Below, one piece after another: positions 54,201 to 64,000 of a stretch of DNA of 64,000 bases. The stretch covers positions 186,001 to 250,000 of the forward strand of contig KZ538006.1 of the NCBI GenBank assembly GCA_000934665.2, given 5' to 3'. The notes beneath the pieces are model-generated. The model was not told the DNA's origin. It was given only the letters and a program-made list of their open reading frames with translations, and ran no database searches. The stretch comes from Catajapyx aquilonaris. Taxonomy: Eukaryota. How positions within the stretch are numbered: position 1 is the stretch's first letter; each line of letters starts with the position of its first letter. A program made the translations under genes and the position numbers.

Positions 54201-57200
54201 CAATGTTTTTGTAGGAAATGTACTGTTAATACAATGTAACAATGGGATCGCCTACATTTGTATTCAATTAGGTACGAAACAATCACAATCTCACTATTCA
54301 AACGACTACTTTATTAGTACAGAATCGTGTCATAAATATGGCTTGTACATTGCAGTCAGAGGCATTTAGGGCAAATCGTTGACCTAGCAAATTCTTGTCT
54401 GGAAGAAATCATTATGTGTCTGAAGTGAAGGTTTGTTGCCAAGTGTTGCGAAGTGATAATATCCTACTGGTTATGAAACCCCCAACACTGTCTTGGCAGC
54501 CGGATTGTCTAATCAGCAGGATATTCTCTATATGCAAATAGTATGACGTCTCCAAGCTTGAAATGATTAGCGTGTAATGTTATTGGAATATCAATGCATA
54601 AAATTAAAAATTCAGGTATTGTAACATGTCATTATTGCAATTTAACCCACTAAACATTTGCAGACTGTACGTGAGTGTCCTTTCTGAAAATTGTGAAGGA
54701 ATGTGCTGCAGGAGTTTTTTTTTCATCTCCAGATAAGTTCATTTCTGAGGTAAATTGCTTTCCTGAGAATGCGGGCAGAAGATGAAAAATTTTCAAGGCC
54801 ACCAGTAATAGGAAAACTTAGTGTAAACGACTTGCTGCGAGTACTTTTCGTTTGTTACTACTGCGATACTTGTAACCTGAGGGGTCACAGGGTTCAGTAT
54901 CCTGTTTCACATCTGAAAATATTATATCCCTACGTATACTGTACATCTAATGTCAGTTGCGTTATTACTTGTATTCGAATGTATCAGTACCTAACTGTAA
55001 CAAGTTGAGCAAGGCTTTCTCATAAATGAAAGCAACTCACACTTTCTGATCTAAAAATATTCTTGCAGTACTATTGTATATGTATACTGTACAGCACTAT
55101 AAATATTGCGACAATAATCTTCTGTACATCAAACAGACCAAGGTTAACCTACCGTGCATTTTACTGCAATAACGGGCAATCTTTCTGTTCTACACTAGAC
55201 AGTCTTTATGTGTCGTAAATCCAATTACAACAGCATCATGATAAAATGTAACAGTAATGTCGGTACTTACTACGTCTTACATTGTTTATAGCCACTAAGC
55301 ACCCAGTCAGAAAGTGGAAGGGACCCAAAAAAAACCGGTCTCTTCGTAATAAGGTTTTTGCGATGCTTCACCATGATATGTGAATCAAATAAGATTTTCT
55401 ACAGAATTCTCGTAAAGCCTGAGAAATTACTCATCACGGAGAAATTCTCCCACATAGAAAAAAAAAAGGTTTTATGATCTAGCGAAAATCGATTGTCGAT
55501 GACAGCTTCGCGTCCAACAGTTTTCAGATAATGTGGGAAAAGAGTTTCTCTCTCAAAAAAAAAGTCTAGCTGTTTTTGTCCTTCTAAGTCCTCCAATATC
55601 ACTTTGATGAAATAAGAGGAGTAATGGGTTTGAAAACTGGCCCAAGGATGCGCACAATTTTTGCCTTTAAAAAAAACTTCGCGACCTCAAATCGGGCTCA
55701 AAAGTATATTATTATTCCGCTCTAATGGCGGAAAAACGCCAAAAAAATAAAGCAGTTTTATTTGCAAACACTCGCGTTTTTAAGGTAATGAACAACAGGG
55801 CTCAATATTGAGGTCGTGATATAATGAGCCAATTTAGTCCACCACTCCTTTCTCTTTGTCACTATGTCACACCTTTGGATTGTCTCATATAATTTTTCTG
55901 AGCTAACGACACCTTTCTGTGATATAAAGTGAAAAATTCAAAAAAAAATGACAAGAAGCTTCTCAGAGAACGGATATGAAAACTGGAAGGATCCAAGGCT
56001 TTTCCTTCAGGACCGACATTATTATATTCGATTCCTCTTACCATCTAAGCTCTTTATACGAAACGAAGCTCCCAACATAATTGCCTCCTCATCCTCTCCT
56101 GTTATGAGGAGAATAACGACAGAAGAGGCCCGTAATTCACCCCCATATTCCCCCCCCCCCCCAAACCTTTGGGAGAGTACGTACACCCTCGAGGTGTTCC
56201 GGATGAGAAGTAATGAGCCGCCTCTGGAGCACACTTTTTTATCCGGATTATGTGATTTGGGCTGGTGTGGTGGGTAATGGAAAAGTCAATGAGACTTATT
56301 TTCTGAAATAACTTGGCACTCTGCAATGCGTGATTTGATTGGGGGCGACCTACATTTCTCGAGAGTTCAGTGGAATGATTGAATTTTTTTTTCTTTATTT
56401 TTGTAGGAATCCGCCATGGTGGCATCGTCGGACGAGGATGGAGAGGAACCTCACCTTGCTCATTGGCGTCTGTCTTTTAGTCGCAGTGGGCCTTGCAGTG
56501 GCTCTTGCGGCCATTCTTACGTCCAGGCAAGGTCAGTCGCACCTGCTTAAATATATTTAGTAGCAGTAAAGCTGATTTTATTTTTAAATGCCCGTTTTAT
56601 TTAAAAGCTAATTGATTTGGTTGTTATTATGCAAATCACCTGTCTTCACTTTTAAGCACACTTTTCATTTTCTAGCTGTCTCCAGATGTGCTTTCATTGT
56701 TTGCTTATTGTTGCTGCCTGCTTTGTGTCATATGTAAATAAGGAAGAATATATTGTTGTGTCTCGTATTGTTCACTGTGTAGTGTATTCTGTAGACATTG
56801 TAGACTGTAGAGGAATGTGAGCATTGTTAGTACCGTAGTTAACAATAGAAGCGTCTGCTCTACTGTAGTGGGCCCGTCTGACTTTTTAGTTCAACAAAAT
56901 GGATGTACAGTAGTACAGTATTAATTATTTAGTGTGGTCAGAATGATGTGAATTCCCTGCAGCATTTCTTGCACGAAGTAGTAATAGGAAGGGTGGAGAG
57001 ACCTTTGTACAAAACGAACCATGTATTATATTGGCAAGCTATTATTTCATCTCATGATCATATCAAGTAAGCATGTTTTCACATAGTAATAACGTAATAT
57101 AATAAGCAGAATATGGGGATAGCTTATCAGTTGCTACATTTTGTACAAGTAAATAATATCAAGTCTGTACAGCCTTCTCTTGATATAATGAAGACAATTT

Positions 57201-60200
57201 CTCCGCAAATGGGCTAAGTTCCATGATAGGATGTTGGGTGATGATGTCCAAGCATGCATCGTAGCCTACGTAATCTTATGTGTTTGTCTCGTATCCTATG
57301 GGTATAGTGCACCATGTGATTGTGTTGTGATTGACTCTGAATCGCCTCTGCACGCCTTGGCCTATCTGCACGCAATTTTCCATAACACCGCACCCCTCTC
57401 TGCTCTTCTTCCCTGACAGTGGCAGGTAGGGCTATGACCGAAACCCTCCCTTCTCTGGCAGAAGCCCTCAAAGGAGGAAGCTCTCGAGGAGGACGCAAGT
57501 ACGAGGAGAACCTGCCAACAGACATCAATGACCTCTGTCTCACCGACGGATGCGTCCAGACATGTGAGACATCAATTCTATGAAGACCTACTAATCACTG
57601 CAAACCAGATCTTCATACAAATGTTTTTAACCTATCATAGCGGCCGATATAATGCGAAGTGTGGACAAGTCCAAGGACCCATGTGACAACTTCTACGAGT
57701 TCGCCTGCGGAGGATTCGTGAAGACGACGACAATCCCCGACGACAAGACCCAGATGACCACATTTGGCATCCTGAGCGACAAACTGGACGAACAGTTGCG
57801 TATCCTAGTGGAGCAGCCCGTTAAGGATGACGAGCCAGTGTCCTTCAGACTGGTTAAAAACCTGTACAAGTCGTGCATGAACAAGAGTAAGTCATTTTCC
57901 CCCCCTCCAGTTCGCACACTTTTAACTGCATCTCTTTACGTGATGTTAAACCGACCGTGTCCTCTTTCAGCTCTGATTGAGCAGCTGGGACTTGATCCCC
58001 TGAAGAACATCGTGAAGGAACTCGGTGGATGGCCAGTGGTCGAAGGTGACCAATGGGACCCTTCCCGATTTGACTGGAGGCAATCCGTCTACAAGTTCCG
58101 CAGGATGGGATACAGCGTCGATTACTTCTTGGACTTTTCTGTCACCACAGACGTCAAGAACTCCACACGTCGCATCATCGACGTAAGAAACGAGGGACAT
58201 TCAAATTGTCCATCAGGACTTAAGTAGTAATTGTCGCTTTGATTTTGCAGATTGACCAACCGTCGTTGGGATTAAGCAGGGAGTACATTCTACGTGGACC
58301 TGAGGACAAGGATGTAAAGTCGTACCTGAACTACCAGGTTCGTCTTGCGCAGTTGTTGGGTGCTGATGTGGATAGGGCCAGGAAGGAACTTCGTGAGGTC
58401 CTGGATTTTGAGATCAAACTGGCCAATGTAAGCCCCCGTTTTACATTACTCTTGTCGTACAGTACAATTGAACCAATTGATATTTTTAGTTCTCGCTGCC
58501 TCGTGAAGAACGGCGCAATGCCAGTAAACTATACAATCCTATGACTATTGAAGAGCTGGGCAGACGGTACCCGTCCATTCCTTGGATGGAATACATCAAC
58601 AACCTGCTACCAGAGGGTATGAAAGTAGGCATCGACGAGACCGTCATAGTGGATGTACCACCTTACGTCCGTAGTTTTGAAAAGCTCATCTCCGAAACAG
58701 ACAAAAGGTGAGTTGTCAGGCCTGTAAGATTGCTGTCAGAGTTGTTAATATTTACTCTTCATATTAGGATCCAAGGTAACTACGTGCTGTGGAGAGCAGT
58801 GGCAGCGTCGGTGTCGTACACGACAGAGGAAGCTCGTCGGATTCAGCTGGACTACAGCAGTGCTCTGACTGGACGAGCGGCAAGAGAACCCAGGTGGAAG
58901 GAGTGTGTTGGGGTGGTCAGTGGCAGGTGAGCCGATCAGAATTTCGATATGAGTATGATCGCATTGCTTTGCAGACAACCTGATGAAGATTTCCATTGTT
59001 GGGTGCTTTAGGCTTGCACAATTGTGCAATATATGTCGTAAAGGGAGAATAATTATGTGCCCATTCATAATCATAATTTTTTGAAAGTTAATAGTGAAAA
59101 AATATTCTTCATATGTTCATAGCAAATTGGTAAGTGTAGGGTGACTCTCACAGAATATGACACAAGAACCTGTTCTTCTGAACTTGACATATTTTTGCAG
59201 TTATTTACATCACACACATTCTCAGGTATTCAGGGACTCAATCTAGTCTGACGGATGTACTCGCCAAATTTCGTGAAGGCGACGAGTCAGAGTACGGGAG
59301 GTACGGTAATAAGCACAATTAATTTTTTTTTGAAAATGTGGCGCTTTATATATATTTGTCTTTGTCAATCGAATGAGTTTTGTTCCATTTTGTGATTACT
59401 TGTTGGGCAGACATGGCTTGGGTGTGACGTCAGTGCCGTCCTTCAATGTCTACGAGTGATGTTTGTGTCACCAGCATTATTTTACTTTTTTGAATCATAA
59501 TATTAATAAAATATTTTAAAATTTCCTTAGCCTGGCGAATGCAGTTGGTGCCCTTTATGTCCGAAACCACTTCAGAGAAGACGCCAGACAAAATGCGCAA
59601 GACATGGTGAGAGACATCCGAGCCGAATTCCTCCAAATGTTGGATGAACTTGACTGGATGGCCGGCCCGACCAAGTGAGTTTTTCACCACACGTTGTCCC
59701 AACGGAAGGTGCTAATTAGTAAATATTCCTCAGGAGCCGCGCAAGAGACAAGGCGCAATCCATGGACACCCACATCGGCTACCCAATAGAGCTTCTGGAC
59801 GACAACAAGCTTAACGAACTCTACAAAGGGGTAAGTAACAACCATTTTACAAAGTCATCTTATACTCACGACCTTTCCTCCTGCAGCTGGAGATGTCCCC
59901 AGACACATACCTGGAGAACATACTTAATCTGACCACATTTGGAACCGACTACGCTTTTAGCAAGCTGCGAGAAAGGGTGAACAAGACGGATTGGGTCAGC
60001 CATGGAAGACCAGCCATTGTCAACGCATTTTATTCACCTCTGGAAAACAGCATCCGTAAGTGATATGCTCTAAGTCCGTTAAACCAAAGAACAAACTGAC
60101 GTCACGTTCAGCCCCGCCTCCGATCATCTGCGCATGCTCTGGTGTGACGTCAGATCATTCTTTGGCTCATTGAATGTCATCTTCCTGAACAGAATTCCCA

Positions 60201-60840
60201 GCCGGCATTCTCCAAGGAGTGTTCTTCTCAAACGACCGTCCTCGGTACATGAACTACGGTGCTATTGGTTGGGTGATAGGACATGAGATTACACATGGGT
60301 TTGACGATCAAGGACGACAGTTTGATAAGGAAGGAAACTTGGTGGACTGGTGGGAGAAGGCCACCATGAAGCAGTACCTGGACAAAGCTCAATGCATCAT
60401 CTGGCAGTACGGCAACTACACCGCACCATCAGTCGGACTTAACGTAAGTTGTCTTACGATGACATTGTTTGACAAGAGAGTAACCACTGTTCACTCAACA
60501 GCTGAACGGCATCAACACCCAAGGAGAGAACATTGCTGACAACGGTGGTGTTAAAGAGGCGTACAGGGCGTACCAGAAGTGGGTGAAGCAAAATGGAAAG
60601 GAGAAGCAGCTTCCAGGCTTGCCTTACAGCCAGAACCAGCTGTTCTGGATAAGCGCAGCCAACGTTTGGTGCAACACTTACAGGCCCGAGACCCTGAAGC
60701 TCCGGATCCTAACCGGAGTCCACTCTCCAGGAGAGTTCCGTGTCATAGGTCCATTCTCAAACATGCCAGAGTTCGCCAAGGATTTCCGTTGTCCAGCTGG
60801 CAGCAGGATGAACCCCAACAACAAGTGTCGAGTGTGGTAG
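36220..60840 (+). CDS. Nep2: Neprilysin (M13 metallopeptidase, Nep2-like), type II membrane protein
   Basis: Exons 36220-36296, 56407-56531, 57420-57563, 57641-57886, 57971-58182, 58251-58427, 58490-58707, 58768-58926, [59226-59300 cassette], 59531-59674, 59734-59830, 59887-60055, 60193-60443, 60502-60840. Motifs NPPWWHRR plus [33 protein letters not shown]. The first-exon assignment is less certain than the core exons. Confidence 0.92.
38755..39045. mobile_element. Foldback/palindromic MITE flanked by TA
   Basis: Arms ~38769-38884 and ~38894-39011 are near-perfect reverse complements around a 9-nt loop. Termini CTCTCTAAAAAAA / TTTTTTTAGAGAG, with TA on both sides. Confidence 0.85.
39714..39758. 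repeat. Perfect 22-bp-arm palindrome
   Basis: CAACAACTTTATTCAAGACAAT-A-ATTGTCTTGAATAAAGTTGTTG. Confidence 0.9.
60082..60167. mobile_element. Tiny inverted-repeat element inside a neprilysin intron
   Basis: 24-bp inverted repeats (20/24 match), each containing TGACGTCA. Confidence 0.5.
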
Positions 60841-62654
60841 TCACTTGGTCCTCACCACGACGAAGAAGAAAAAAAAGGAAGAAGAAGCAACCCCACTCAC
60901 ACCCACAAATCTCTCACCATCCAGTACTATCAGGGACGTAAAGTTGGAGGCACATTTCTGGTGCTACACTTTATATTTAAAAAAGAAGAAGCCAGCATGT
61001 TGGGGCCTGACCTAGAGGAGAGTGACCCTCGGCGACAACTTTGCAGGCAACAAGTGTTATGAGAATGTCCCTAACTTTATGAGCCAGATAGTACAGTTAG
61101 AAGCATGGCGAGGATTTTTGAGCCTCCTGATATCAGCGTCTGCTCGGTAGGATGCTACTAAAAAAATAATAACATTATTTATTTTTATAGCATTGTTCTT
61201 TTATAAAACAGTGGACCCTACCAAAATAATTCGGTCGCATCCATCTCTTTCTCCAATGAAAGCCAAAATGTTTTCAGTGGGGGGCAGCGTACTATACTCA
61301 ACATAATTTCCGCAGTTATTATAGATTGTTGACTATTCTAAGGTCGTATGGTAGAGGACGGTGCAGGCTAGTCCCTATTATAAATAACGAGTGCGACAGA
61401 GCATTCAGGACTCTATTTGCTGTTATTTTACATGCAATGCAATTTTAATGAAGCCCAAAATCTCAGCAGAATGGGCCCAATTTTAGACTGTGTCCAGCAT
61501 GTTGGTATTACGTGTCATGCTGTTTTTCTGCTTCAACCATGACATTTAAAAAAAGTAATTCATTCTCACCCATATAGTACTGTAAGTCGCAATTACTTGA
61601 AGTGACGTCAATCGTGTGACGTCAGGTTTTCTCCACTTTGACCAGTATTTATCACTGTTACTATGTTGCACACAAGGCATTTGGTAAAAACCTCCCGACT
61701 TTTTTTTTGTATGACCTTTTTTGCTTTTTTGTTTCGTCTTGTTGCCGCCAATGTTTGATAAGTTATGTGTTTGGTGGGAATATCGTGATAGGTGAATTTG
61801 TACAGTATGTTTTAAGTGTAATTTCGTGTGTCTTTTTTGTGCTGTTTTTTCATAATGTATCAATGGTGGGCTACCAGGCCTATAGTTTGCCCTCGATTAT
61901 AATTTTTTTTTATAGATGTTAACAGGAGTACTGCGGTGTTAAGATGAAGACAACAACTGGCATATTGCCTCCAAGTACAACCATTGTATTTTACAATTCT
62001 TAACAAGCACCACATGTTTTTTTTGTCGTATTACTAATGCTTGAAAAAAAAATCATCCATGCATCACGTTTTATAATATTAGGAATAAAACTTTGCCGTT
62101 GAAAGTTTGTTGTCATGTAGGGCCTACCTAATTATCTTAGGTATAGGTGCATCCAATGTGTGTCCCGAGTGCAAAACAAAACAAAGAAGAAAAGTATACA
62201 AATCTCAAACTCAAGTCACTCCAAGCCTCCATCATTGTGTTGTTTGTTGGCTTTAGTTGTTTGTTGCCTCTGTGCAGCGACTATTGCGATTTATAGTGAA
62301 ACGTAATAAAGGACAAAGTGCCTCAAATTGAACTTCATTTCATTGTTGTTTACATGAAGCCTGATTATTATTGACAGACGGTGTCGTGCAATTTATTCGT
62401 TTGTCGAGAAACTTCTATAGGCTATTATAGGCTATATTAATGCCTCCTGCAATCACCTGAATTTTCACGTGTATGTATTAAACATATTACATTAAATATA
62501 TTGGTACACACCAATTCATCATCTTTAAAGGTGACCACGCTTTAAATACAATAATTGTGCTTTTTTCATATTTTAATTTTTTTTATTTCATCTCATTTCT
62601 TACATTCAAATTACTCGTACATTATATAATTTAATAGCAGGAATAAATTACAGT

Positions 62655-63958
62655 TTAGACGATTCCATTGATAGAGAAACCGGCGCAAACTGAGTCCATG
62701 GTAGCCATGACAGAAGATGCTGTATAGCCTGCCTCGCACATGTTCACCAAAACTTGCAGGTAACTAGTGCTGTAAGGGTTCTGTAATAAATGCAGCGCAT
62801 TATTCAAGGGTGTTCTGCAATGATCTAGAACAATGAGGACAAGTCAAATGACAATACCTTTGCCAAATTGAAGCACTTGTTAGAGAAATGGGCAGTCAAT
62901 GCCTGATGACACCTGAGATCAAACAGCCTCATTTTCTCTCCCAGCATTTGCCTGCTCAGGTGCTCATTGTTTGTCACTCCATCTACTATCCTCATGACCG
63001 TTTCCTGCACCAACTGGCGTCCCTAATCAAGCAATATGAAACACACTAACTTCAGCAACAATCCAAAAAATAATATCATATCGAGAGAGAGACTTACAGC
63101 TTCCAAAGCGAGCAGCTTTTCTGAGATTTCCATACGAGTTTTATCGTCCTTTGCAGCCAGCAATTTACGCTGCAAGGTGACCTTTGGAACCTCTCGACTA
63201 GGAATGGCTTCAGTTATTTTGACACTCTTATTTGATTTGGTCATTTTTGAGGGCTCTTTGCGACCCTGGTATTCTGAAACGGTCATGTCGGATATGTTGA
63301 CTTGTCCGTATTGTTGCACGTGGCTGGTGGTGGTCTCCTGCTTCACTGTGAGGTACTGTTGCTTCAAAGTCTCCTGCTGAAGATCTTCCTGAAAGTTGAT
63401 CACTGACGTTATATAGTTTGCTCATAAATATTAGGACTATATAGTTTTATGTGTAGCGGTTTTGCCTCACCTTGTCTGAATCCTCCATCCATTTTACACT
63501 GTAGACATCTCCCAAAAATGTCCCGCGTTTATCGTCCCAGTAGCATGCGAATGACGATTCGTCGGGCGAAGCAGCGGTGGTGGTATAAACTGATAACGCA
63601 ACAATAGCAAATAACGTCTGAGTAGGAAAAAACTTGCACATTGTCATGATAATATTTCAAAATATGACACCTACCGTTGATATCGTTAGGTAAGACGTTT
63701 TCAAACATAGAGCCAGATTCACATGCTTCCACATAAAAAACCAACTGCAAATAAGATTGATCAACGTGTGTTAACGTACTACTATAATATATTATTATGT
63801 AACGTGTTCATTGGCTTACCTTCCCATACATATTTTTGCTGTGCATTGTCTTAATGGCAGCAATGAAATCTTGCACATAGAGATATTCAGAAGGGAATGC
63901 CAGGATACCCACACCTCCATGGTCAGCGAAGTTGACAAACACATGGTCATTAGGGCCA
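62655..63958 (-). CDS. LGMN: Legumain / asparaginyl endopeptidase (C13), 3' part; 5' exons beyond the window
   Basis: Exons 63958-63820, 63744-63675, 63589-63471, 63388-63098, 63022-62858, 62780-62655. Catalytic DHG and EACESGSMF, plus [28 protein letters not shown]. Confidence 0.95.
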
Positions 63959-64000
63959 CTAAAACGGGATGCAAATATGAAACAAAACATTAAAGCAAGA

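Noticed and set aside
53733..54242. 169-aa minus ORF, and a possible fourth phase-2 first exon ([12 protein letters not shown], donor AG|GTCGAC at ~54129)
   Set aside because: No homology; the donor is weak and there is no other support.

Overview
Nuclear DNA of an animal, very probably an arthropod (GT-AG spliceosomal introns, an insect/crustacean-type divergent ionotropic receptor, a PR2/Ack-like kinase, a Nep2-like neprilysin). The first ~23 kb is gene-dense with short introns: ZSWIM2 (5' end, minus) head-to-head with FEN1, then an alpha-L-fucosidase, HROB/C17orf53, and INPP1 (minus) head-to-head with an Ack-like/PR2 kinase. Next come tRNA-Ala(TGC), two tRNA-Ile genes, an intronless divergent IR, an M13 neprilysin with a ~20 kb first intron, and the 3' part of a legumain gene (minus). 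The most unusual signal is that both tRNA-Ile genes have a eukaryotic Ile-AAT-type body but carry the G34 anticodon GAT, which eukaryotes normally avoid. Other notable items: three frame-compatible alternative first exons for the neprilysin (one with the start codon split AT|G across a 6.4 kb intron), a hidden 75-nt in-frame cassette exon, a candidate alternative last exon in the kinase, a MITE nested inside another MITE, a tRNA-Arg-derived SINE with target-site duplication, and a ~290 bp foldback element. All gene models were spliced by eye; no database searches were run.
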